NCBI RefSeq assembly: GCF_964213995.1 | Contig: NC_135804.1 | Location: forward strand, 59,768,001-59,832,000 | Origin: Mustelus asterias | Lineage: Eukaryota | Length of the DNA: 64,000 nt | Direction: 5' to 3' | Part shown: positions 13,113 through 25,249 of the stretch, piece by piece | Numbering within the stretch: the first letter of the stretch is position 1 | Layout of the letters: every line of letters starts with the position of its first letter | The notes under the pieces: generated by a model | Told to the model about the DNA's origin: nothing | The model's database searches: none | What the model saw: only the letters and a program-made list of their open reading frames with translations | Made by a program: the position numbers and the translations under genes

Positions 13113-14614
13113 TTAAAAATTAAAGATTAACTTGCCCCCGTATCTCTTAAAACCTTAACTCATTTACATGCTTCTTCTTGTACAGATGAGTAAGTCTTGT
13201 ACACTCAAGTAAATTATTCAAGGAGACCTGGTACTCGCTTATCAACCAACCCCTGAGCATGCTTTACGTCCTTTTTCACCTGTTTATCTTCAGCCATGAT
13301 TTCCTTTACCACTTTAACAAAACCCACTGGATTATCCTCCATCTTTTTACTAAAATTGCTATTCAAACTCTCATTTCCTTCCCACATCTGTTTTCCCAAA
13401 GCTGTTCTTAAGCCACCAACACTGTCATTTTGTGTGTCCAAATTTATTACGAGACACCTGAGGCTTTTCATTTCTCTTCCATCCTCATATGTTTATTTTA
13501 TCATCTGAGGTAAGCTATCTTTACTATCGCCAACAAGATCTCCTTTGCCTTCCCCACCTGAGAATTTCTCTTTTTGCCAGTTCTTATCCCACGCAGATTA
13601 AAATTTATGCCAAAAAATCAACATTCATTCACGAAACAATGGAAAATCATCTGCCATTTTTGCTTCTACTCTTGCAGCTTTATACATTTTGATTTCTAAC
13701 ATTTCAAGTTCAAATTTTCATTCCACTTGCTGATGTCCTAATACTCTCTGTTCTATTTCTTCTTGCAGTGCTACTCCGTGTTTTTCATTTTTGTTCTGCC
13801 AGGGCTATTCGGTCCTTTTCCTTGGCTTCCATCTCTCTATTTTCTCCCCTGGAATTGCCACTCTCTCTCTCTATCTTTTTATTAAAATTGCTATTCAAAT
13901 TGTCTCATTTCCTTCCCATGTTGTAACTGTCTCAGTTCTTAGTCCTGTTCAAGCTGTTTCATTATAATTGAATTTTAGCCATTTCCAATGAATTAGACTG
14001 TGTTGCTGGCACATGCAAATGTTGAGCTGTCACTGAAATTATCTCTGCATTCCCCACCATTTCACATATGGTCAATCCCATCTGCACTGCCAATTCCAAA
14101 AGCTTTGTTCAACGCTTTTGGCAAACCACTCCGAGTGACCTCTTCCACAGCCAGGAAAACTTCAGCCACTGAAAGAGTTATTATTCCACAAAGCACTCCC
14201 TATTTATACTAACTGTATGCATCATCTAAAAAAAAACACCACTACTTAACGCCCACTGTCCTCGTGTTTAATAATCCTTAGAAAAACAAAGAATTATAAT
14301 TTTTAATCTCAACCAAGCCCCCAATTTTGTTAGGGACCAGAGCAGAACCCCCAAGGTATATTTTGAAGATAGACTGGACCACACCGATTTTTATTTTCGT
14401 ATTAGTGTGAGGATAGGTTGCTCAACTTCAGGTGTGATTCTCTTGAGACACTCGGAAGATTTAACAAAACAAACTTTATTTTAACAATACAGTCTAAATA
14501 TGATGAATGAATTAACTTTCAAACCTTTGAATGCTTCTGGAGATAGAAAGATAGAAAGACAGCTGTCTTCTGATACTCAAACAGTAGCCTCCATAGAGAG
14601 AGGGACCTCTTTAT

Positions 14615-14960
14615 AGTTATTCTTTGTTCATTCGTGGGACATGGGTACCACTGGTTTGCCAGCATTTATTGCCCTTGTTCAGAGGGCAGTTGAGAGTCAA
14701 TAACATTGCTGTGGGTCTGGAGTCACATGGAGACCAGACCAGGTAAGGATGGCAGATTTCCTTCCCTAAAGGAGTTTAGTGAAGCAGATTGTTTTTACCA
14801 ACAATCGACAATGGTTTCACGGTCATCAATAGATTCTTAATTCCAGCTCTTTCTTATTAAATTAAAATTCCGTCTGCTGTGTTGGGATTCAAACTCGGAC
14901 TCCAGAATTTTAACTGCGTTTCTGGATTAATATTTTACCGACAGTATCACTAATCAATCG
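14615..14960 (-). mobile_element. Deu-type SINE inserted in the Gypsy 5' LTR
   Basis: Reverse-complement similarity to 1905-2237; LTR-like sequence resumes on both sides. Confidence 0.75.
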
Positions 14961-15334
14961 CTTGCTTCTTTCAAAGCCACGAAGAAACCAGCTGTTTTTC
15001 TCTGTGAACTCAGCTCCTCCTCTTCACATGCCTTTACCTCTGTCAATCAACCCAATCAATCCCTACTCTGAAGCCCAGGGGAAGAAAAACATAAACAAAA
15101 AATAATTAGCTCGGATAAAAGCAAACGCCCCATTATGTAGGATCAATTATTCTCCGTCATTCTCAGCATGGACCTGCTTGGTATGATGACAGATCAGCAC
15201 TCGGTAATGCGGAGTTGGATTTTAAGCATACCCTTCACAAGAAGAATGATATAAATACCTTTTTTAAAGGGACAGTATGATCACAGCTTTGAGCTCTAGT
15301 CCGTTCCCTAGAAAAACACGTCAGCTTGATCAGA

Positions 15335-15658
15335 AATCATAGAATCACTACGGTGCAGAAGAAGGTCATTCAGCCCATCAAGTCTGCACTGCCAATAATC
15401 CCACCCAGGCCCTATTATCGCAAACCCCCATATTTACCCTGCTAACTCGCCGACACGAGGGTCAGTTTAGCATGGCGAATCCACCTAACCTACACATCTT
15501 TGGACTGTGGGAGGAAACCGGAGCACCTGGGGGAAAACCACGCAGACGCAGGAATAATGTGCAAACTCCACGCAGGCAGTGACCCGAGGCCAGAATTGAA
15601 CATGGGACCCTGGTGCTGCAAGGCAGCAGATCTAACCAGTGTGCCACCATGCCGCCCC
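15335..15658 (-). mobile_element. V-SINE (HE1-like, CR1-type tail)
   Basis: tRNA head plus V-core; 3' end resembles the CR1 stem and (ATGATTCT) tail. Confidence 0.85.
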
Positions 15659-16539
15659 AAGCTAGTCCGTAAGTTCTATGTATTATTTGAACTCAAATAT
15701 TACTCGTTATCCATTTAGGCAAAATGAAACAGACTGGCGAAATGACTTGGAAAATCTTTAATAAATTGCAGATGTGCAAATATTAAAAACAAGGTAGGAC
15801 CTGACTACCATAGTATGGCTCTTGATTTTTGGATCTGCCTTGCGCACAGGTTGACTCGAAGTAGCACCATGCATTCCATACAGAATGTCAGTGTATGGAG
15901 ATTGCATGCAGCACGAGTGTCGGGACAACACGGAACTCCCAACACATGGTCATGCATGCTGAAAACGTACAACCAGTATTAACACCTGATTATTTGTTCC
16001 CCTCCTGAGTCAGAGAGCAGAGGCAGGACAATATTTGAGTGGATTGGTCAGAGGGCTAATCTTTTAATGTTTAAAAACCACACAGGCGAAAGAAAGATAT
16101 ATATTATACATTTTAAAAGTTCGCTTTGTCATGTAGCTGTTAGGAACTATAATGGAGAGAGTGGGCTTGGAGTGCATGAAATAAGCTTTAGCTGAAGTGC
16201 ATTTTGCAATGGACTTTATACTGAGTTGTTTAAGTGCATTCCTGATGTAATGTTGATCCTTACAAACCTCAGTGATTACTTCAGATGATGTAGGGAAGTT
16301 TATTGCCGTAGTTGATGTATGCAAGCCTTCTTGAAGGTAATGTGAACTATATATCTGACAGGTATTGTAGAATCCAGTGTAGATTGAACACCTGCAAGTA
16401 ATGTTCCAAAAATGCTGGCACATCACAACTTTAACTTGATTTCTTAAAATCACTGAATTCTTTTGAGGTTTTGACGCAGGCACAAAGATCATAAGAGAAG
16501 GGTCAGTCGACCTGTAAAATGTATAATTAATATGTCCAA

Positions 16540-16685
16540 ACCTTCCCTTCCTTTACACTCCCTTCACCTCCTCTTCCTTCCTCGTCCCTCATTTCCCTCC
16601 CTTTCCCTCCCCTTTATTCCCCTCCCCTCATTTCCGCTCCCCTCCTTTCCTGTTTCCTCTCCTCCCCTTTATATCCCTCCCGTAC
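16540..16685 (+). repeat. Polypyrimidine low-complexity tract
   Basis: CCCTT/CCTC-rich run. Confidence 0.8.
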
Positions 16686-17131
16686 CACTCTGTTTACAGA
16701 AAGACAACACACAATTGTGTTAAAGTAAAAAAAAAGTTTCATTGATCGTTTTGTGAAAGTGAGCAATATTTTATTGATCGTCATGTTGAAGTGAAAAACT
16801 ATTTTTTATTAAAAGGAAATTTGGAAAAGTTGAGCTAATTAAACGAAATGTCACCTGCAGCTGTTAAAGTTAGATGTTTCGTTAAATGTTAACATGGTAT
16901 GAAAGTTTGGCATTCATAACATTATTTTTGTTAATGAATGCTTTCCATTAAACGTTACAAAATTCTGCAGATGCCTTATTCAAACATCGAAACACAACAC
17001 CTAATATGGAATTCTACAAATGCTTTATTGAAACATCAAAACACATTTCAACGTGAGATAATTGCAAATCAAGAACATAATTGAGATTTTAAAAATGCAG
17101 CAGAATACCAAGGATAATCACATGGTGGTTT

Positions 17132-17511
17132 ACAAAGAACAACGAACTGTATAGTACAGGGACAGGTCCTTCAGCCCGCCAAGCCTGCCCCGATACATGA
17201 CGCCTTTCTAAACTAAAGAACTTTTGCTTATATGTGGTTCGTATCCCTCTATTCCTTATCTATTTATGTATCTGCCAAAATGCCTCTTAAATATTGCTAT
17301 TTTGTCCATGCCCGTCAAAATTTTGTAAACTACTATCAGATGGCCTTCGAAGTTCAAGTGGAAGCAAACCAAGTTAATCCAGTGTCTCATCATACCTAAT
17401 ACCCTTCAAAACAGGCAACATACTGGTAAACCTTTCTGTACACTCGCCAAAGTTTCCACATCCTTCTAATAGTGTGGCAGCCAGAACCTTATGCAGTATT
17501 CCAAATGTGGC
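17132..17511 (-). mobile_element. CR1 LINE 3' part (split by ERV insertion)
   Basis: CR1 3' tail and RT end; sequence ...CCAAATGTGGC resumes at 26993 CGAGCTAAAATTCTGTACATCTGC, as in the uninterrupted CR1 copy near 48440. Confidence 0.85.
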
Positions 17512-18186
17512 TGTTGTAGGTAAAAAACCTCTGACACTAATAGTAGATCAAACTGCAGTGTTTATTTTCACAATTGTGGGAGAAGTGAGGTTCCTAACAG
17601 TGGACCCCTGGCCTTCTCCTCGAACACAAGTAAGCACAGAGTTTATATATGTCCCGGGCCCCGCCCTCATTACATTGCAATTCTCTAAGATGTCTGTCAT
17701 TGTTCATGGTGAGATTCTTGTTGTATTAGCAGTATCTTCCTCTGCGTAGTTTGTTCGATCTCCAAGGCCACGATTGTTCGGCATTTATATCCTTGAAACA
17801 ACATCACAGGTTTTGCACAAACAAGTTAACTAATCTACATGCAGGTTTGTACAATAATTTATATCAGGATAAGATGAATAACGTATGATGAATATATATA
17901 TATGAATCTATGGTGATTCAAAGACAGAAGGCATACATGTCAACTTCATCGTGTTAAACAAAGGTACATGAAAATGGAGACTGTTTAGCTTATTTCGAGC
18001 TGGGTTAATCGGATTTCTTGATAACAAATGGAGACAGAGGAATAGCTGTTCCTTTTATCTGGCACAGACATGAAAAACACCGAACTCTGACAAAAACATG
18101 GACTCTGCAGTGTTCTCAACAAAATTACAGAGTTTGGGTCTTAATGCTTAAGTGTGACAAAGTTCATTAACCCATTCCCGACTGCA
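17512..18186 (-). repeat. ERV 3' LTR (675 bp)
   Basis: Direct repeat of 26311-26987, preceded on - strand by the PPT; retains a GGGCGGGG GC box next to the TATA. Confidence 0.95.
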
Positions 18187-18198
18187 CTCCCCCTTTTT
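18187..18198 (-). promoter_or_regulatory. Polypurine tract
   Basis: - strand AAAAAGGGGGAG abutting the 3' LTR. Confidence 0.9.
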
Positions 18199-18237
18199 GA
18201 TCGGATGCCAGGTCCAAACATGGCAGTTATGACCAAC

Positions 18238-19644
18238 TCAGAACCACATGTTATCGGGGAATGGGCCTAGCTCCTTAGTCGGGAGGTCTGCCCCCTCCGC
18301 CTGTACACTTGCGACTGTCATAATTCGCGCTGTTACTGTTTTGCAACAGGCGTTCAATAATGCCATACAAACACAGCAAGTAATTACAATTACAATTAAT
18401 ACAATCAATCCATGCATCAGGTATGGACCCCACGACCCGAACCATTGCCCCAGCCAGCCCGGAGGGTTATAATCATGATATTGGTTCCCTTCTTCCTGTA
18501 TTGCTTTTGCTACTTGTTTAATATGATCTGCTAAGCGAGTTATATTCTCCGAAGCTTCGGGAATATATGTACAGCATTCGAAGCCAACTATGGCACATGT
18601 TCCACCTTGGAAGGCTAGCACATAATCGAGTTCCAATCAGTTCTATAACGCCACAGTCCGAATAGCTACGACCTCTGCTGACATTTCAGAGATGGCCATG
18701 CTCACCTCCTCGAACCCATCCTTAGACTTATTTGTAACTTTCTCTAGGGTTGAGGACATCCGTATAAGTTCCTGTGCTGTCTTTGCCGTCCCATAAAATG
18801 GGTAGGCTATCATGAAGAATCGTTCTGTCTCACTAATGGGTCGCTTAGCCCTAAGCAGGTGTATTTCGGGGTGGTCCCGTAAGTCAATGTAATGGTGAAC
18901 ATAAGGCACCACATATGCCAAATAACACGATCCTGTTCAATTCCAGGGAAACCACGGATAGGCATTGTTTCCACAGACAAAATAGGTACCATTATATGCA
19001 GTCATCTCGCTTACATAAGCGGAGGAGAGGCTAACTGGGACAGTGACTATGGGGCACTGGATTGTGACCTGTATCATGGCCTCAGCGTCATCAGTGATAT
19101 CAATCTGCTGTATACAGTAGCTACGGCCAACAGGTATGGTTCCATTTCTTATCAGGCAGATAACTCCCCTTTGTTCACAATGAAGTAGGGTGGGGAATCT
19201 GATCTGTTGTAGCTGGGCTGGTAATTCTTCTTAAAGGACGATAAAGTGCACCCTCCGCCCCCTAGCCTTGAAACAACATCACTGTTGCTGATACCCTGCA
19301 TAGTGGTACCCGATGGGGTTTTAAATGTCAGTTGTCTTGTCCCTTTCTGGGTTCCATTCCTTATTTAAAACCCATTCAATTACTTCTGGAGCTGATAAAG
19401 GGATAGGAAATAAGGGAATTCCTCCCTTTCCTCCGTGCATGGGAATGTGTGAACAGACCCAGCACTTGCTCAGATTCGATTGTGATGCATACAGATAAGA
19501 CATATACACAAAGGTGTTCATACAATAGACAGAGTCATCATTACAGAGATGATCACTGTGCTTCACCCCTAACTCATAATTCAATTTATATTCTCCTGCT
19601 ATGGCTAACAGGGCCAGGGTCCTGAGTATCAGCATGAGAAGCAT
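18238..19644 (-). pseudogene. env: ERV env, gamma-type (SU CWVC; furin RAKR; ISD plus CX6CC; TM anchor), with multiple stops/frameshifts
   Basis: Signal peptide MLLMLILRTLALLAIAG; SKCWVCSH; LLRAKR|PISETERFF; VAL*N*LELDYVLAFQGGTCAIVGFECC; hydrophobic anchor LMHGLIVLIVIVITCCVCMALL. Confidence 0.92.
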
Positions 19645-19789
19645 CTTATCACTTACTAATATCCCGCGCGACCGTTATACAATGGTCCAAAGGCTATATC
19701 GCCCACGCGCAACACCGCGGATCCGCGAACCCGTTCAGCTTGTTTGGAGGTCACTCGTTGTTTGCTTATATCTGTAAGTGGAGTATATC

Positions 19790-20250
19790 ATATGTTTTTC
19801 CAATTAATTTCAGCATATTCAACTGAGTATATACAGGCACAGATATCTCCACTAATTATAACTTCATACGGCTCATTTCATTTTTGTACAAGCCCTGATT
19901 TGTTAGGTAATATTTTTACTAGGACATCCCACTGTTGGGACTGTCAGGGAGCATTTCAAGCTCTCTCTGCATCTCTTACTTTTTGATTGTCTTTTACCGA
20001 TTTATGCATCCCTTTTAGTTGGGTGCTTAGTTCCAAAACATATCTCTTGATTTTATCTTTTAGTGGACCTACATCGGTCCCACCTGTTATGATGCTTTTT
20101 GGTAATTGCATCGTCCGTCCTGTCATTAGCTCATAAGGGGTTAATCTGGTTGTTTGGTTTGTAGCAACCCTTAAACTCATTTAGTATGGTGGGCAATACC
20201 TTCATCCACGTTTTTTTTCCCGATGTCTGTATGGCCTTCGCCAGTGCAAA
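19790..20250 (-). pseudogene. Second, divergent integrase C-terminal fragment
   Basis: ALAKA..WMKVLPTILMSLRVATNQTTRLTPYELMTGRTMQLP..DVGPLKDKIKRYVLELSTQLK..EPYEVIISGDICAC, paralogous to ~22850-23156. Confidence 0.85.
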
Positions 20251-22748
20251 GTAGTTTTGCCCAATGTAATTAATTGTGCTATGCTTTAAGTTAATTTAAG
20301 CTAATTTGGCCTCGGCAGCTTGGAATTCTGAGTCCAATTTAGAAACCTAGCTGCATTCTCTGATAGTACGATGTAAGGTAAACAAACTTTCTCATGGCCA
20401 AGTTGTTGATGTAGCTGGAGACTGCTTGTATGTAATAATCAGTTATGCTTTAGAAACAGATGTTTTGTTTTTTTTAATCTCAGTACTGGTTTTTGGTTGG
20501 TCTCCCTCTCCTTTCTCCAAAATAACCGTTATTTCAAAAATAATGCTTAAAGAAAGGCATATTTACTTCAGATCAGTCGAGTTTATTCTGAAGAAATAAA
20601 TAGACCCTTCAATTGGCTTGGGGCGAATCACACAACACTTTGCACTGGCTGCAGCTGGACATTTTATCAAAAGACATCGCTTTTCTCATTTAGATCACAT
20701 ACCATACAACTCTGATCATTATATGATGTATTTTTACATTATATCTAATTTGATCATTTGCTTGTCCATATTTAAAAGTGCAATGTTTAAGCAGAAATGA
20801 TCCTTCTATAGACAGATTGTCTCACAAGGTAAACACCAGTGTTTCGTGTTCATAGATGCCAATTGTATGCTGCCATACACAGCTCTTTAAAAACACAGAT
20901 AACCGAATAAGCCGTTTGTTGTGTGCAGTCGAATGCTGCAAGATTTTTGAGTCTGGCTGCAAAGCCAGTCTCCAACTCTTTTTCTCTCTCTCTCAAGTAA
21001 TCCGGTTTCACTTCCTGTCATGTTAATGTTAATTGTGCAAGCTATTACAAATTATGGCAAAGAATGGTTACATGTTTGGAATAACTAGCCTTTTTTTCAC
21101 AGACTTATGTTTTTATCAATACACAATATATATTATGTCGGGTATCTCAAAACCCTCTTAATTTAATTTTTAATTAATCTGTTTCCATTTTTAAACTGAG
21201 CTCCAGATCAGAATTCCTTCATTTTCAGAACGATAACAAGCACAATACATATAACAATAACAAGAGTTACTTGATTAGAAATGTTTTGGTTTGCTTCCTA
21301 GCTGGCTAGGTTTTATGCTTTGCAGTGTTCTTAGATTTGGAAAACCTTGAACAATAGATAGAACAATTCCAACGGCAGTATATAATTTTAACTAGTTACA
21401 CTATCAGAACTATCATCAATGTTAGATGATTTAAATGATGTAATTTGTTGCATGTTATCGGAACATCACATATGTCTTGAATTTCATATCGGTAACTAAC
21501 TGGCAACACAAGTTCAAATAATTCATGGTGTTCAATGGTTGGCATCAAATGCAAATTAAAAATACTCAAGGACAACATCTTTATTTGTATTAACAACTGA
21601 GGTTTTAACTGATTTAATCTCCTGCTGTAACTTGGGATAATCGGAACTACGATTCATTGATTTGATAGACTTAAACTGACTCATAGACAGTATATTCACC
21701 TCATTCTTTTGTTCCTGCTTTTCTATTTTTCATCAAATTACTTATTATTTTTTTAACTTCTCAACTATACTCTTATAATTTCAACTTCAAGACAAGGAAA
21801 GAGCACATGGTCCTTCCAAGGTCTAACTCCTTTCTCAACATTAAAACGAACAACAACAAAACATTCACGCAGTTAAACACACAGATACACATGGAAGCTT
21901 CCAACATTTATTCAGACTTAACATCTTAAACTGGAATGGAAGTAAAACATTTAAGAATACAGACCGTTGATTAACAGTCGCTCTTATGCTGCTGCCTTCC
22001 AAACTGTAATTCAACTCAAAACAGAAGTAAATTCAAGAAATCTTATCACTTTAATCTTTAACCGTTTGTAACAAATACTTCCGCAGCATTTTCTTATCTC
22101 ATTATTCCACTGAATTATTTCCCTCATCTCTAATTATATTGATTTGTCAATTTGGTATTATAGGCGGGCACTCCCTTTTAGCCCGTCTGAAATTTAATAC
22201 AGTTTCATGGTTGATCCACGTAACACATTTTAATTCGAATGCATTATGGCAGTACAATAATTCCCAGTATGACACACACACTGCCATTCTACCTTATGTA
22301 ACTCCCTTCTCTGTTAAATTTTGACTATATCTTAAAATTACTGCAAGTCTTATAACTCAGAGGAACATAAACAAGTGATTCATCATCATTTCAAATACGC
22401 AGGAATAATTCTTTCTATTTATCTTTTCAACTTCAGTTCTATCAAAAATACATTTTCAAATTTAACAAAAGCCTGATCCAAATAATCCATTTATTTTATC
22501 ACTTTTAAATATCCCTCCTAAAATAATTATCTTTACACAGGCAGATGCAAGATCGAATCTACTGTGTGCTTAAATGGCTAACTCTCCTTACGACTCTTCA
22601 GATGTAATCTAATGCTATTATTCCCACATTCCCCAAATCTCTGTCCGATGCATTATCGTAAAATTTACTGGGGAACGTAATTTATTAAACTCGCATTGAT
22701 CTGCTATACCCCATTCCAGCACATGAGGCTCTCGATCGCAATTATATC

Positions 22749-25060
22749 TTACATCTCTCCCTCTCTCTCTCCCTCGAGTGAGAGAAACTTACAACCTGCT
22801 TGTTTTCTTTCAACCTTTATTCCCCTTTTAACTGTTTTGTTGCGGTAATTGGTGTATTCCTTTAACTGAGTCCAATGCTTCCAGACACCCCTACCTTGCA
22901 TATCTATGCAGGCACAGGTGTCTCCACTGATAATGACCTCATAGGGGCCTTTCCAAATGGGGGCAAATCCAGGTTTTCCTGGTAGTGTTTTTACCATAAC
23001 CTTGCTGCCTGCCGGTGGTACCTCCGGGGTCTGTTCTAGTTTGTTGTGCTCATCTATCACTATTTGTTTGTCCCATACTGTTTTCCGCATATCTTTCAAT
23101 TGGGAGCTTAACTCTAATACATATCGTCTAATCCTGTCCCTTAATGGGCCTACATCTGCATATTTCCCTGATCCATCCACAAACAGGGCCAAATCTGGTG
23201 CCTCCAGGGGCACATCTTTTATTCTACTCTCCTCTACCTCTTCGTCTACGTCCCCACATGAGTGGGGAGACCCTTCACCTAACATTCCTTCTACGGGGTT
23301 CATTCCCATGTCTCGTGCAATGGTGATGGACTTAGTGGGTGGGAGAAGCACTGCCTCCCACTTCGCCCTTCTCATGTTTGAGACAGACCGCAATTTTCCT
23401 GTGTTCAGCATTTCCACCAAGGTATGTTTGGTGCGTAAAACAATATTCCCCGTCATTATGATGGGCTCGCTGACCTTTTTACTACCCATGCCGCACAATC
23501 TAGTGCGGCTATACATCTGGGTAACCCGGTTACTACGGGGCCCTCCGCTGTGGAATAATAACCCACGGGTCGCTGTTTGTCCCCATGGACCTGTGTGACT
23601 ACTGCCGATTAAAACCCCCCTTCGTTATTACAATAAATATGAAAATCTTTACTAGCGTCAGGCAGTCCAAGTTCTGGAGCCTTCATTAGTTCTACTTTTA
23701 GTTTACTATGTACCCTTTCCTGTTCTGATCCCCATTCTATAACTTCTAGAGCGGGTTTCCCCCCTTTTACTAGCCTTTGTATTGGTTCGACGAGCCTTGC
23801 GAATTCTGGTATAAAGTGGCGGCTGTAATTAAACAACCCCAAAACCTTCCTTACCCCTCGGACGGTTACTGGTCTTGGCATTTGCTGTCCAGTGGCATTT
23901 CTTTGGTCCCCTGGGATATCAGGTGTCCCAAATATAATACCTGCGCTTTCCCTATTTGGGCCTTCCTGGGGCTCGCCTTTAGTCCCTGTTCTTTGAAGTG
24001 TTTCAGGTCTGAGTATAGTGCCGTCTGGTGTTCTGCTCTAGTTTCGGAGGCTATTAAGATGTCATCTACATACTGCAGGATTGTGCTCCCCCTCGGGACC
24101 TCTACTTGTTCTAATATCTTACTCATGACCCGGTGAAATATAGCCGGGCTATTGTGGAAGCCTTGCGGGAGCCTCGTCCATGTGTACTGTTTATCACCGA
24201 CGGTAAATGCAAATTTATCTTGTGAATTAAAGTCCAGGGGAATGGACCAAAATCCATTGGCGATGTCTAATACCGTAAAGATTCCATGGGATGGTGATAA
24301 CCCGTTTAAAATGGTAGATGGACTAGCCACGATGGGCTGTAACTTGGGGGTCACTTTATTTAAAGCGGTATAATCAATGGTTAATCTATAACTCCCGTCT
24401 GGTTTAGGCACCGGCCAGGTGGGGGAGTTGGTGGTATTTGTGGTTTCCCGTAGTATCACTCTTTTTACCAATCCCTTTACAAGTTCTTCAACTGCTTTTT
24501 TGGCCTCGGGCTTAATCGGGTATTGTCGGTGTGGTTTATGTTCTGGCCCTTCCATGAGTATAAGGGGAATTTTGACTAATCCAGTATCCAGGTTTGTTTC
24601 CGCCCATACCCCGAGGATTGAGGCGCAAATGGTGCCAAATCCATTACATTCTAACTGCCAGTTGCGTCCAGTTGCAGATGCTGCATGGATGGTTTCTAAA
24701 TGGTTAACATATGTTCCTACCCTGTCTTTTCTCCCATCGGGGCGGGGCCAAATCAATTCGCCTTTCCCGCAATCTATTAAGACTTCGTATTCTTTCATCA
24801 GGTCATTTCCCATAATAGTTCCTTCATTATTTTGACATACATAAAATCGCATAGGTATATACAGGTTATTAATTTCTACTAGGGTGGTTTCCCTTAAGTA
24901 GGCAGGGTCTTCTGTCCGTTCACACCCCTTATATAAATCATTTTGTTTGTGGTGGGCAAGGGTAGATCAGTGATAGATATGGAGGCTCCCGTGTCCACCA
25001 GCATTTCGCATGTCTGCCCCCTACTAGTGCAGACACGTAGATTCTACCCTCCTGTTCATT
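22749..25060 (-). pseudogene. pol: ERV pro-pol (frameshifted; RNaseH/IN core deleted)
   Basis: Protease MLVDTGASIS (~24975-25008) and GTIMGNDL; RT NSPTWPVPKPDGSYRLTIDY, LDIANGFWSIPL, WTRLPQGFHNSP, YVDD; tether; RNaseH LFVDGS fused to IN C-terminal WKGPYEV. Confidence 0.92.
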
Positions 25061-25249
25061 CGTATCGGGATTTTGGAACAACATTGGCAAGCCTATTATC
25101 TCCGGTTTGTTATCTTTCCTTTGTTTGGCTTGCTGTTCTAATCTTTTTCTCGGTCTTGTCTTTCCTTTGCAGTCTCTCTCATTCTGGTCTATCTCTTTTG
25201 TCTTTCTCATACGCCTCACATTCTCACTTCAACATTACCCAAGTTTAGG

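Larger units (their letters stand above)
4797..15285 (-). mobile_element. Degenerate Gmr1-like Gypsy LTR retrotransposon (PRO-INT-RT-RNH order) with nested insertions
   Basis: On - strand: protease LRDTGAS (~13131-13150), continuing at ~9450-9690 (GIQFILPNDVAGG); IN YHPESQGALERW (7177-7617); RT remnants ~6000-6800; RNaseH PIGCFSRKL..EKETL (5614-5961). Diverged LTR-like ends both finish AAAGG(T/G)ACAGTAT(C/G)ATCACA (5371, 15285); degenerate Pro-type PBS at 14306-14323. Left boundary approximate. Confidence 0.8.

Noticed and set aside
18238-19644. Domesticated (syncytin-like) env
   Set aside because: Multiple stops and frameshifts, including two in the immunosuppressive domain.
22957-24835. 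Long + strand ORFs (213, 119, 138 aa) antisense to ERV pol
   Set aside because: Antisense shadows of the pol coding frame; similar shadows occur over every CR1 RT here.
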